DNA of 64,000 nt from NCBI RefSeq assembly GCF_026571515.1, contig NW_026859731.1, forward strand, positions 434,001 to 498,000, written 5' to 3'. This document shows positions 1-13,256 of this stretch, piece by piece. The translations under genes were made by a program, and so were the position numbers. Under the pieces are notes generated by a model. The model did not search any database. It was not told the DNA's origin and saw only the letters and a list, made by a program, of their open reading frames with translations. This stretch comes from Ruditapes philippinarum. Its lineage: Eukaryota. The number at the start of each line of letters is the position of its first letter. Position 1 is the first letter of the stretch.

Positions 1-3000
1 GTTGTCATTTTGAAGCGACTGTGGACAAAAATGCCTGTTTCAAATGCATTTGGACCGCTTCAAAAACTAAGAAAATACTCATTGTTGTACTGATAAAACC
101 GAAAATTACTGCTTAAAATCTGAAAACTTTGCATACTAAATGTTTTGCTTTCTCAGCTCTTTAATTTTGACAGAAGTACCAAATTACCAAAAAAAATGTC
201 TTAGAACTTTAATATCAACTTACTAATATTAGAGTCAAAAGTGATTTTGCTTAAAAAATTAGTAAAAAATTATTTCTTAAAATTTCCAAGAAAACTTTCA
301 CTTGAAAGCATTATTTATGCTTTATCTATAAAATACAAACTATAATCATATAGAAAAAAGTAAAATGTATAGTGTTAGACGATAACTAATTTCATGATGG
401 CTCATGATTGTAAAATAATCAAAAAAGAAAAAATGAACGTATAAAATTGATTTCTGAATCATATTGTAGTGTACTCAATGCTGACTATATATACCGATAA
501 AAATCAGTATAAAAAAGTGCAATAAAGGTTTCATATCTAAATTATCATTAAAAACACCAATTACAACAGCAACAATCCTGTTATATTAGGCTGACCATAA
601 AAATGTGACATAATTATGACATTAAAGGGGCATCAATTTATATGTTATACCATAAACTCTTGACTGACTAATTGTTCTGAAACTTTTTGAAATTTTCATA
701 CATGTGTTAATCATACCCAAATCGTTTTGTGTAACTATAATACATTTCTTTAGCTTAATGTTCAAACGCGTTTATGGGTCAAAGGATCACTCCCATTAAC
801 TTTGCTATGGAGCAATATAAATGGATTTTAACTATTATTGTAAAGTATTTTCCCATGACCCATTCAATTTTTTTGTGAGATTTGAAATTTTTTGTAGATG
901 TAATGTATGCCGTTATAAGGAAAAATCTTTGCATCAATATAATTTGTTAATTGATAATTTTATATTTATTATACTTGGAAAATATGATAGTTCTTTACCA
1001 TTACAACAAAGTGTTCATAACTTAATGTGTATTAAGTATTCATTTAAACAATTAAAACGAAAATGCATTGCTGAAACGTGCTTGAAATTAAAATCTTTAT
1101 GTATAGTCGTAATTTTGTTTCGTTAGTAATAAAGCTCTATAAATAAAACTCAAAGAAGAAGTTAGCAGATGCTAGTGTTGTTTCAGCATCCAAAGATTTC
1201 TTTACAATATAAACTTTATTGTGGTGAAATAAACCGAGAAGTGAGGATTTAGGGCTTGGCAGAAGAGTAAAGAATATAATAAATGGGGAAAAATTAAAGC
1301 ATAAACATTTTTGGTATTTTTCTGCAAAAATGAATAATTATTTTGCAATAACAAACAAATTTCAGAAGCAGTTCTAGGATCCATGTCATGAAGTCCATGT
1401 TGCCTGACTTACACTTTATTAATTAAGATAGCACTTGTCAAGATACACTGATAACGAGGCATAAGTAAATCTGAAATGTTGGTACAGTAACTCATATATG
1501 GAACAACACAAAAGTATATATTTATATGTATGTAAATCAGGGGCTGTGTAATGAATAAAGAGTGACTCATATAAAATAAATAAAAAGTTTGTCAAGTAAG
1601 GATTAAAACATATAGAACACTAAAAATATCAACACTGAGTAAAAATTAGCCATTCTTTGATTTTATAGTACATCTTTGAGAATAAAATAGCTTCCCGAAT
1701 CCCCAACCCCCATCTCTTTTAATGTAAAAGGCAATTAGAGTATTATGAACTTTTCTACTCTTCTAATCAAAGAATAAGTCAACTGCAAGTAAAGCCACCT
1801 CATTTCTCTTGTCTAAATTACATGGCTAGTATATAGCTCCTTTAAAAGCCATACAACATGCAAGGCCAATGTCAAGTGCAATATAATGCCAATATAGGCC
1901 TAAACAATATTTTTGTACATGTTTTAATGTGGGTGTGCTTACAAATGAAAACATTTCCTAGAAAATATTGAGACTCTTGTTACATAGCCTAGTCCAATTT
2001 TGGAGACAGTAGATTCATGTAAAGAGAGAATTGATTTTTATCTGGGTATTGTACCAAACTGGAAGTTATGCATACAGAACTTGTTTCATTAATGAAGCAA
2101 TCTTGTTCCCCGTCATTCATCAACTGTAAGCACATTTGATTAGAAAAGAGAGAGAACATGTTCTCCACTCTGCCAATACAATTAAAACTGAGCACACAGC
2201 CATGCTGTCATTTTAACTGAGAATAGTTATAGGCTTTTAAAAATCGAAGCTCTATAAACATGGATGATGGAGTAGTGTTGATGCTTTGCATAATAATGTG
2301 TCTTTCCAAAAAAAAAAATCATACATTTTCCATATAAAAAAGGCAAATTTCTTAATCACCACTATCTGTGGTTAAAGAATACTTCTCAAACAAGATTTAA
2401 GCATTTTCTTGCCCTAATTAGGCCAGTGGACATTGAATAAAGTGTGACGTCCCAAGGGCATTCAATTATTCTCCTCTGGATGTGCGATCAATTCCTTTAA
2501 TGGCAACGTGTAAAAACAGTCAACTTAATTGTCATTCAGCGTCTATAATTTCCTATGCAGTGGTCTTAGTTTACACACAAACAGAGCTAGTATTTGAATT
2601 GTGTCAGTTTTTAGCTTTTTATTGCTGGGCATTTACAAGGTCATTTAATCTTATTTTTATGGCCAGTCGTCCAGCCTTTGAATATTTTGTTACAAAATCA
2701 AGCCAAGTTTTATTGAATGGTTACACGGTGACAGGAGAAATAGAGCTTAAATCTACAACTCTTTAATGGCCTGATTCAGATCACCATAAATATAAAGCAA
2801 TATTTGTCTTAATGCTTAAGCAAATATTTAAAGATAGAATTGAACATTTAATAGCAGGATTGCCTTGGATTTAGTAGCTAGTCCTACCTACATCTAGGTA
2901 CATGCTGACTACATACTTACTGCTGAGAAAATAGTCCAACTTATATATTATAAAATATTTATTCCTATACACTACCTGTGTAGTACAATGCATTACCAAC

Positions 3001-3127
3001 TCCAAAATAATTCTTTTGATTATTATTTGCTGAGAAATACTTGAAGCTAATTACTTCAGGCATACCACAATCCAGGGTGTATTTTACATCCTTTTTATCA
3101 CTATGAGGGCTATAAATATACACGCAC

Positions 3128-3209
3128 CTTGAACGTTTTGTTGTTGGGTCTTTCATAACCATGGATTCCTTAATTTCTCCGTATTTACCAAAGTGCTCTT
3201 TTAATTTTT
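3128..3209 (-). CDS. msi: Musashi coding exon 3 (EKLKEHFGKYGEIKESMVMKDPTTKRSR); remaining exons lie left of the window
   Basis: Acceptor tttcag|AA, donor AG|gtgcgt; 82 nt; MVMKDPTTKRSR precedes the RNP1 GFGFV motif in Musashi. No GFGFV exon was found in 1-3127. Confidence 0.93.
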
Positions 3210-3396
3210 CTGAAATTAAAATACATTAACGTGAATTTTAACAGATTTACGGTACTACAGCTTAGCAATTTAACGATGACAATCGAGAATTCCGCATGAC
3301 TCGCGGGATTTTTAGCGTAATTAACAAATGTAAACAATACATGTACGCGGCGAGATCAATCGGTTTAAACAGGTGAAATCAGTCAAAATTGCATAC

Positions 3397-3437
3397 CTGC
3401 AGTGGTCTGCCAGCTGAGGCCACCAATAAACATCTTC
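3397..3437 (-). CDS. msi: Musashi coding exon 2 (GKMFIGGLSWQTTA; RNP2 of RRM1)
   Basis: Acceptor tttttacag|G, donor G|gtatgc; 41 nt; KMFIGGLSWQTT is the conserved start of Musashi RRM1. Confidence 0.93.
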
Positions 3438-3597
3438 CTGTAAAAAGAAACGGGTAGAAATTGATAAACAAAGAGCCATTTTGAATTTTGTGAACCTATG
3501 ACCTAAATGTCACTGTCGGTAAAGATGAAAGGCAAAAACATGAAATCAAAGATAACAATGAAATATGTCAATGTAACGAATTAAAATAAGAACTTAC

Positions 3598-3665
3598 CCG
3601 GGATCATTTGGTATTTCCTCAGTCCCATTAGTTGGGGATGCAGGTCCGTTAGACTCCATTTTCAT
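3598..3665 (-). CDS. msi: Musashi-family RRM RNA-binding protein, coding exon 1 (MKMESNGPASPTNGTEEIPNDPG)
   Basis: ATG at 3665 (in-frame ATG at 3659); ends GG|gtaagt, phase 2; joins in frame to the next exon to give the Musashi/hnRNP-D-type DPGKMFIGGLSWQT signature. Confidence 0.88.
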
Positions 3666-3719
3666 AATGTTTTAGATTCTACTCTACTAAACTACACTGC
3701 ACAAATGAAAACTCTAAAC

Positions 3720-3990
3720 ACACGTGGGATTCTCGCTTACTTCTATTAAACATCTATTGGTCGTTCGTGGGTGGGCATTTGGCGCGTCCCGCTTAGGCGC
3801 GAACCATGGATGATTGACAGGGAGATACTCGCTTTGATTGGTTAGACATACTGTTGCTTGGCAACGTATAACGGTTTCTCATGACGTCAGTGAATGAAAA
3901 GCCTTGATGTTATCATTAAATTAGCATAAAACGATCCGCCTATTTTCTTTTTATAAACACGACTTGATAAAGAACCGCCCATTATACAAG
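3720..3990 (-). promoter_or_regulatory. Proximal promoter of Musashi gene
   Basis: CpG-rich patch just upstream of the ATG with ATTGG (CCAAT) boxes, X-box-like GTTGCTTGGCAAC (3853-3865) and full CRE TGACGTCA (3882-3889). Confidence 0.6.
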
Positions 3991-4472
3991 TTAAATTGAA
4001 AATAGAAGTGAAAACAACAACAAACAATGCTTTTATTGACTATGTCTTATATCAAAATTGTCTTTAGCTACATCTGCTTAGCAAAAAGGATTAAAAACTT
4101 ACAGAAGTCTTTATCTAATTGATTTTAGCTGACAGATTGGGAGAATATTTGAACTTAATTGACATTAAAAGGAAGGATATGTGTTGGTTTTTTTTTGCGT
4201 TTTAGAGAAATAACAAATATCCTGTCCATCCAACAAAAACCCGGCATTAAAATGAGTACTTTGTTATAACGTTTTGGCAAAAAAAGTGCGCTTGAAATTG
4301 GTCGAATTCACATCATATTGATGGGAGTAATTTTATGAAAGAAATAAAAACGATTAATGAAAGGGAGGTAACGCGTACATGCTAATATAGTAAAATAAAT
4401 TGTATGAAATGAAGCACGGGTAGTGAGATTTGAACTTATAAAGAAGAATTGCTAAATATCTGACAATGTTAA

Positions 4473-4775
4473 AGATATACTATGCTCATCTTTGGGTAAA
4501 ATATTTTTATCTTAGAAATGCATTGAAATCCATGGAATTCTTACTGAATATGTTTAATTTGAATAAAATAATGAATAAACTACATTCTCTATTACGAGTC
4601 AAGTAAAATTGGTCTTTTCTTTAATGGCACTATATATTCATATTATGACCACCTATAGTGTGTAGAGTTCAAAACATATCATATCTACCTTAAATGATGT
4701 TTATTTTATACATACAAAGAGACTGTGTAGAAATTATTAATATTTTTAAAAATCACATTTGAGCATAGTATATCT
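4473..4775. mobile_element. TTAA-flanked MITE (Kolobok-like non-autonomous element)
   Basis: TIR AGATATACTATGCTCA / TGAGCATAGTATATCT, flanked by TTAA at 4469-4472 and 4776-4779. Confidence 0.8.
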
Positions 4776-7155
4776 TTAATACATGTAGTAAATTTATAAA
4801 GTGTCTGTGCTTCGAAATACTATTTCACAAAGAAGTGCAGAGATGGTATTAAGTACATGTATATCTCTGGGAAGTGGCTACCCAGTATGAGCGTTTTTTA
4901 TAAGAATTCATTCCACCCTTGTTTATACAAATATTAAAGTTGAATTGAATGTTTAATTGCTCAGTCAGCATAAAAAATATCATTGATAAATACACGCATG
5001 AATAACAGAATTATGTAAAACCAGCGATGTATGCAATGATCTTTCATAAGACGTCATTGAAATGCATGTACATTTCGTCGTAAATTAAAATAAATAATTT
5101 CAGTTATTTTTTTCTAAGCGGTGTTGACATGTGTTAAGTTTGTGGTTGCTATTTATATTTCTTTGGGTATCTGTTTTGAACTCCAGTAAATAAATAATCT
5201 TACAGTTAATCATTATTGACAATATTGCGTAAGAATCACTTAAACTTAAATAGCTTATTACAACTTCAAGAGCACTACTATTTACGTCACTGTTTGAAAT
5301 ATATACAAAACATTGAAGGACAGTAGAAGAAAAAACGCCGCAGGTAAAAAAAGAATATATTTGGAAAATATGCATTGCTTGCATCCCTTATATTTCTTGC
5401 CACTTCATAAACGTATAAATTAAAACAACAACAACACTGAAAGTGATATGACTGAATCAAGAAAAAACTCCGAACTTTTGTAAAATACTGCCTTAGAATG
5501 CGTCACCCTTGCTAAAAGATTGAACTAAAATATCAACTGTCATAAAATTTAAGCTCATTTGTATATATATCATTCATGTTGCATAATTCTTTAATTTTTA
5601 ACAACCTTTAAAGTTGCATGCCTCCAGAAGAACCAAAATAAGAATATCAAGAAAGTCAAATTTTAGAAAATTTTAAGACAAAAAAAAAAAGATTCAAGTA
5701 ATAAACTATTGTGTGTGATTATTAACTGGTTTTGCAGTATTAATTATTAACCATTATATCTCTACTGCATGAACACAATAAGTACTATTTTTTTGCATAT
5801 TTTTACGTATCTTTTACGTACTTTGCGTGGATTGTTAGTGCTGTTTGCAAGTTGTAAATTACTCTCTTTGTTAACTTAACAATATTTTACTTTTAAATAC
5901 ATTTTCAAAGTTTTCATGATGCTATAATATGACTTGATACTCTCTATCAAATCATGCGCTAAAAATAAAGGAAGTCAATGGAATTTGATGTAAAACAGAA
6001 GTTACATTGATTAAAAATTTGCGGCCTCGGTTAATACATTTTATTTGTTCTCATTAACAGTATAATTATTCATAATTATTCATATAACAAGAAACAACAA
6101 CTTTGAATTTAAAGGGAAAACATATACACCGGATCGTAATGTTCAACATGGCAATCACCGGCAAGTTTTTGAAGTCGCCCGAAATGTTCCGTTGCGACCA
6201 AAGATATTTCGTGCAAATATTACAGAAGTTTAACAACAAGTATAGGACCTGCTCCACTTTAGAATAGAATCTATCTACACGGATGCACAAAAAAACAACA
6301 ACAACATTTTTTGCAGGCGATTAGCATATACTTATTCATAATACTAGTATTATATATGCTATGAATGCATTTAGCTGTGTTGACATAATGTTATTTTAAT
6401 TTATTAGGCATTGTGCATACCAATCAATGGGCTATCTCGAAATTGTAATGTTTGTTTAGTTTTGGAATTACATATAATCCAGATGTAATGTGACTTCCAG
6501 GTCCTGTTGACCGCGAGGTCTTTGATGTATTATAATAAGTTTTTATAATGTTTGTGTACATAAGTCGCAATGATAAACAATTCCACATATTAACTTACTT
6601 ACCTATTAACCAATAAGCGGATAAAAGACGCAACAATTGGTGACAGTTGTGAAATATTATATTCGAAACGACATTTATAAAAGTCATCCGAAGACATTTT
6701 CAATAAATCAATCTATACGATTAATTCTAGTTTGTTTTAAAACAATGTCTATAATTTATTTTCATCAGACTTGACAACTCTATCCAGATAGAGCCCTTTG
6801 GAGCAATCGCAACAGCTCGGCCCTTTCCGCCAACTTCGTGGCACTGAATAATGGTCGTGAAAACCCCAACGTGTATGGGATCCATTTTTTTACTGTTATA
6901 CTAAAACCAATATTCCATTTAAATTTGTTCTGTGAATTCTGTTGAAAGTGAGGAACAATATCAAGCAGAGCAAATCTTTCAAACATTCTTCAGGGAATTT
7001 CCTACCCGAGTGGTTCAGGTCGCTTGCCCATTAGAGGGATTCCAAACTCGCCAGACACTACGAAGTCTTTCATGTCAGGAAGGTATCCCTGGTCGAGTGC
7101 TAAGCAAGAGAACAGCTGTCTATACCAATTTTGTCCAGTCTATTCGTATAACCTA

Positions 7156-7503
7156 CGGTGGCACAAAGGTGTCATGTGTGTGTTTTTATTTATCTCGTGC
7201 GCACGAGATACTATGTCGTGACCACGAGTTACTAAGTCGCGGTCACGAGATAGTTAAGTCGTGGCCACGAGATAGTTAAGTCGTGGGAACGAGATATTAT
7301 GTCGTGGCCATGAGATACTACTATCGTCCCACGACTTAACTATCTCGTGGCCACGACTAAGTATCTCGTGGCCACGACATAGCATCTCGTTCCAACGACT
7401 TAATTATCTCGAGACCACGACTTAGTAACTCGTGGCCACGACATAGTATTTCGTGCGCACGAGATAAATAAAAACACACACACATGTCACCTTTGTGCCA
7501 CCG
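7156..7503. mobile_element. TA-flanked palindromic MITE (Tc1/mariner-type) with internal ~21-bp subrepeats
   Basis: Long TIRs CGGTGGCACAAAGGTG..ATGTGTGTGTTTTTATTTATCTCGTGCGCACGA; TA on both sides; internal (c)tcgtggccacga units in inverted arrangement. Confidence 0.9.
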
Positions 7504-8251
7504 TATATAACAGTACTGCACGTTATCGAATCTTCAGCCGAATGATCCAAATATAATTTACGTTCTTTCATGTTTGGTTACTTGAAATATTCTTGTTTTT
7601 TACAAACCACAAACAGACACACAAAAAACTACGTATAAAACAAGATAGTTTGTCTGTAACATTGTCCGTTTAGTTCCATTGTCTGTGACATTGTGACAAT
7701 AAATCAAATTGGATGAAAAAAGTTTCTGGTGAAAATGAGGATTGCTGTCCAGATCTCTGTTATGTTATGACGTCATCTAGCCAATATCTTTCTATATTAT
7801 AGAAGATATATTGTCTCAATGATATTGCACGCATTGTCCACTAAAACCAGACATGTAACATAAATTGTATCCAATTGCAGGACAGTTTACGGTAAAAGGC
7901 ATTCTGCAGTGTAGAGTTATATGGTAAAGTAGAATTATATGATAGTTTTTGATATTATGGTTAAAGAATTATATGGTTTTGGAATTTTATATGGTACATG
8001 TACACTCTATTGTATTAATTAACTATAAAATTCTGGCTCTTAGTCAGCTTTTCTGTATGCCCCGTATGTAAAAGAGATTTCGAGCCAATATATTTGAACA
8101 TATAAGGCCAACAGACTAATACGAGAGAAAACAGGGCCAATATAGCAAACTGAGCAAATAAGGAAATCAGGCATTTTTATTGGCCGAAACACTGCATTTT
8201 TAGAATCCTTATCAAAAGACAACAACATAAACAAAACAAACAAAAACAAAT

Positions 8252-8435
8252 GAGTCGCGTCATGACAAAACCAACATAGTGCGTTTGCGACAAGCATGGA
8301 TCCAGACCAGCCTGCGCATCCGCGCAGTCTGATCAGGATCCATGCCGTTCGCTATCAGTTTCTCTACTTGTTATAGGGTTTGTAAGCGAACAGCATGGAT
8401 CCTGATCAGACTGCGGTTTTGTCATGACGCGGCTC
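8252..8435. mobile_element. Palindromic MITE, GAG...CTC termini (Sola-like), internally deleted copy
   Basis: TIR GAGTCGCGTCATGACAAAACC / GGTTTTGTCATGACGCGGCTC; AAAT duplicated at both ends; same family at 12495-12729 and 29348-29574. Confidence 0.85.
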
Positions 8436-10638
8436 AAATGACTGTTGAATAATAAGATATTTTATAAATTATAAAGTATTACACGTAGTAACATATACAA
8501 TGTACACCTATATCATGCTAAATATCCTAAATGGATTTGCCCATGTTTCAGTCTGGATAAATTCATTATTTTTAAGGAAAAAATTCACCAAAGTTGTACC
8601 AAGTGCACTGCGCACAATAATTAATCACAAAAGATGTACCAAGTGAATTGCCACAAATAATGACCAGACGACACACGGATGTGCCTGCACTGGTCGCATG
8701 GGTAGAATCAGTTGTCCCCAACAGGCCAAGGGTTTAAATTATCACATTTCATTAATTAATTAATTAATAGATAAATAAATATATATATAAATATAAACTT
8801 AATTTTGAGCATAAAGTTAAGTCAACGTACATAAGCCAGTGAGGCATAGAACGTACATTTAGTAACCTGTGACGAAATGAAAAGGTATCCTGTCAAAGGT
8901 GTAAACCTTTATAAGCTCAGAGCCCATCATGCCAGTCACCAGTACCCATCCGGTTCGTATCAGCCGCTTCTAAGAGCCTCTCCCCTCGGTATCAGTCAAG
9001 ACATCTGGAGCAGAGGGTTGGAATAAATTGAAGTCCTGATGCTTCCAATGTGACGTTTACTGACGTACATACCTCTTGGCGACGTGCATGCAACGGGAAG
9101 ACGCGAGAGCTACTTTCGTGCCGATTGCACGCGCAGGTTTGTTCGACCTTTTCCGTCAAACTCCGGATAATGACAATGTTTCGAATGCGTCTGGGATGAG
9201 TTTTGACAGGTACGTATATTAATATATATACCTGGTTTTGACAAGAAATGGAAATCTCAGCACTATACTTTATATTAAATTAAAAAGTGCATAGAGGTGT
9301 GAGGAAATTGATACGTTTTCAATCCATTAAATTCGATCTTTCACTCAGCTCAGCGGGTAAAGAAATTTCAAATCATAGCAATAAAATTTAAATCTTTAAA
9401 TCTTATTAAATATTTTTCCTTATTTCCTATTTTACATGACAATACGTCCTTTATGTGCCATGTAGGGTAATAGAGGTACGGCTTTTCACTTGTTGATTTC
9501 AAGTTAGATATCTCAATTACCTTTTCGTTTAATCAATACAAAACCAGTTAACATGATTTTCGTGTTTTTATTCCAAGTGTAAAGGTACAATCGCGCTACT
9601 TTAGCAATTCCTACGCAAGTTGATTTTGTGACATGGACGTATAGATCATAATTCTATAACTATTACCGCGTCTTGAAATGAGTTTTCAGCTGATTAAATA
9701 TAATATCAAATTAAACGATTTTAACTTACGATCCCGATATATATTGTGTTTATTGTTGAAATTCTAGGGTACGTGAACAAACAAGTACAGTCGGTTACCG
9801 GGAAGACATGGGTTTGAATTCAGACGTGACACAACAATAAGCACGTGTATTATACATGTCAAAATTTGTTTAAACAATGTCACACCCAATATTAATACTA
9901 CCAAAATAAAAATATGCATATTTTCACTGACGTTCTTGCAGTTGTACTTTGGCATACATATTAACACTTGCATTTTTAGGCGTTTAATAATATTTTCGCC
10001 TTTCAAATCTACTTAATAAAAAAACGTGTCCGCCAATTATACTTTTACAACATTTGTAGAGGATATCTTGGCGATTTATACCTCAAAAAATGAGTGGGTT
10101 TATTAGCCCGTAGTATGCATATCATATAATAGCATTTAAATATAAATTGTTTTCTCTTTTTTTCACATACTCAAGTTGATCTTATAACGAAAGAAACAGC
10201 AAGTGTAAAACGTCACCGCTTGTACGAGTAACGTGCATGACGCATAGCAGCTACGTAAACGAATGAATTTTCAAAAATAACTGCCAGCCTTCAAATAAGA
10301 AAAAATAAAGACTTAAAGATCCTGTATGTTGTAACTGAGGTTGTATACCACACTTAAATGAAATTATATAATATGTAAATAATTATGCTTATAAAACAAT
10401 TTTCAAACATGGAAAATAATTTTTTATTACCTCCCTTTATTTACAAGAAATGTTAAATTCGGTAATTATCTTTATGGAACTTACAATATTGATGAATCTA
10501 AATTTGAGCATCATATTTATAATATAAAACCATAAAAAATTGTGTTACAAGATCTTTAATGTTCATCGAATATGTCTTTAGAATTATTAACAGAATATTA
10601 AAATAAATACCCTAATGCCAACAGCTGCAGACAATTAT

Positions 10639-10970
10639 GGGGCCTCCGTGGCCGAGTGGTTAAAGTCGCTGACTTGAGATCACAGGTCCCTCACCACTGT
10701 GGGTTCGATCCTCACTCGGGTCGAAATCTTTCATGTGAGGAAGCCATCCAGCTGGCTTACGGAAGGTCGGTGGTTCTACCCAGGTGCCCGCTCGTGCCTG
10801 AAATAATGCCCAGAGGGGCACCTGGGGTCTTCCTCCACCAATAAAGCTGGAAAAAAAATCGACGAAAAATCTCGGCGGGACGCTCTAGGATGACCCGACT
10901 TGAGTGTACGGTCGCCCATATGGGCTTTCCGGCGGCGACCTTAAATAAACGCATTAAAAAAAAAAAAAAA
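10639..10970 (+). mobile_element. Full-length tRNA-derived SINE (V-domain/RUDI-like by recall) with poly(A) and TSD
   Basis: A box TGGCCGAGTGG, B box GGTTCGATCC, central domain shared with other copies in the window, poly(A) tail, AGCTGCAGACAA duplicated at 10623-10634 and 10970-10981. Confidence 0.9.
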
Positions 10971-12494
10971 GCTGCAGACAAATAAATGTAACACAACTTA
11001 ATCAGAAAATGCATCTAAATGCAATCGGAACGTCTCAGCTATTACCAATAACATTATCCGAAGACTGGCGGAAAGGGCCGAAAAGTTCTAATTGATTCTG
11101 AAGCACGCAACCACCATCTACTAAAGGCGTACCATTCTTATAGTTGATACTATTCGCAAAACTGGTATATATACTTGAATAATTTAAAATTCATTATGTT
11201 TGTTTCAAATACATGTCGTAATATTGTCAAAAGTTCTCCGGGATTTATACCAAAAATAATGGTAATATTTAGAAAGTAAGAAACGTTAATTGGATTTCAA
11301 CGTCACATACCTCTAATGACGTCAATTTTCACCAAATGAAACTAATTAATATCAAATCATACTTTTGATACAAATTGTCTTGGTGCATTAAACAGCCTCA
11401 AAGGGTCACAAAATTATGCCGGAAGTTACACATGTCTATGGATTATAACTGCATGGTCTGCAATGATTGCACGGGTATTCTGTGTGGCCGTCGTGCGGAC
11501 TCCTGGTCTGCACTGATTGCACGGGTAATCTATTTTGCCGCAAGTATGATAAAGGATAAATAACGACCAGTGTGAATTTATGGACACAGTACATTTTAAG
11601 AAAAGGACGTCTTGTCTTATATTTGGTCTTAAACAACACCAAGACGTCAGTACAAGTTTATGGATTTATGGGCGCAATGTACAATAAATCTTTATGCTGT
11701 TTCAAACTTTCGTTTTTGCAGAAAATATTTTAAGTCAGTTAATGCTGAAAGTTGTCAAATCAGGTAAATGTATTTTATGAAAGCATCTTTAATTCATTTT
11801 ATACTTATGCGAACGATCATGTTTTACATATTTTATATAATTGTGACCGTGATGTATAGCGTTATTGTATCAATTTCCTGTAAAATCTTGCTAATTCAGT
11901 CAATATCGTTTCCCGCACGATTTTCACGTGCGCATTGTGAGTGCTTTATACCCGAGGAATAAACCATATCTTTCTAACTTATGGAAAATTATGTACGTAT
12001 GTGCGCTATATTTTATAAAGAAATGACAAAACTATTGACCCTAGGATCAAGCTTGTATCCGTCTTTAAATTCGAATACCGTCGGAAGCTAGGGGGAAATG
12101 ATAAGTAAATACAGTTTGATAAAACGAACATTCGTGTTTGTTTGGCAAACAAGTACTAGATTTGTTAATCTGTTGTCCACAATGAACATAAAAATATAAA
12201 ACTTGACTCAACCTGAACGCATTTTTACCTATCTTCTTCAAACACATTTCGTGGTCGACCTAAAAACTACTTAACTGAAAGGAGTATTTGACTTGATGGA
12301 TAAGGACCATTTTCATTTTTGAAATCCTACTGTATAAAATTTTACGAGCCATTAACTACCAAACTCAATACTTACACTTCAATAAGATTTTCGATTTTCA
12401 ATAACAACTTTTGAAAAAGATCGTTGAAGGGTTGATAGGTCTGTATAAAAAATGAGAAAGCTATCTGGCCGACTTTACGGCGGTAGTTATAATT

Positions 12495-12729
12495 GAGCCG
12501 CGTCACGACAAAACCAACATAGTGGGTTTGCGACTAGCATGGATCCAGACCAGCCTGCGCATCCGCGCAGTCTGATCAGGATCCATGTTGTTCGCTGTCA
12601 GTTTCTCCACTTGTAATAGAGTTGGTAAGCGAACAGCATGGATCCTGATAAAACTGCGCGGATGCGCAGGCTGGTCTGGATCCATGCTGGTCGCAAACCC
12701 ATTATGTTGGTTTTGCCGTGACGCGGCTC
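12495..12729. mobile_element. Palindromic MITE, GAG...CTC termini (Sola-like), full copy
   Basis: Long imperfect TIRs GAGCCGCGTCACGACAAAACCAACATA...; AWWT flanks (AATT / ATAT). Confidence 0.88.
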
Positions 12730-13074
12730 ATATGACTGTGAGAGTTTAGAGACATCGGACTAGTTCGGATGACCGGAGTGGTATAAAAATACACGAATGA
12801 TTAAAATTTTTAGGCAGAAATGAAGAGCAGTCTTAAAAAGTACCAGCTTAAGAATATTTTTCTTTGAGTACATTATCGTATGACTAGTAGATAACCGTTA
12901 GAATTTCCATTTCGTTGTTGGATCTCTCCTCTATGTACCAAGATGAAAATATATGTTAAGCATTGGATGATTCCCTTTTACAGCCCTAATATATTTATTT
13001 GTTTGTCCGTGCTGATCAATTGTTCAACATAAGTGAAGCTCCGTCGCTACCTTATTTGGCAAAACGTAAGCATA

Positions 13075-13256
13075 GTTTTGGTTTCGATGGAAGGAAAGAG
13101 GCAAAGTTTTGGCTTCGGTGGAAGGAAAAAGGCAAGTTTTGGCTTCGATGGAAGGAAAAAGACAAAATTTTGGCTTCGATGGAAGGAAAAGGCATAGTTT
13201 TGGCTTCGATGGAAGGAAAAAGGCAAGTTTTGGCTTCGGTGGAAGGAAAAAGGCAA
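13075..13256. repeat. Minisatellite, 30-31-bp unit, ~6 copies
   Basis: GTTTTGGCTTCG(A/G)TGGAAGGAAAAAGGCAA repeated. Confidence 0.92.

Noticed and set aside
1989-2195. Possible Musashi exon 4
   Set aside because: Has an acceptor-like tract but lacks the required GFGFV RNP1 continuation.
6932-7279. 115-aa ORF
   Set aside because: Non-ATG start and runs into the palindromic MITE; no recognisable domain.
10639-10725. Possible tRNA gene (also 41842-41925)
   Set aside because: A and B boxes are present but continue into SINE bodies; no convincing intact cloverleaf.
11022-11094. Hammerhead or HDV ribozyme reading of the mini-element
   Set aside because: No CUGANGA...GAAA core with three stems, or nested pseudoknot, could be built on either strand.
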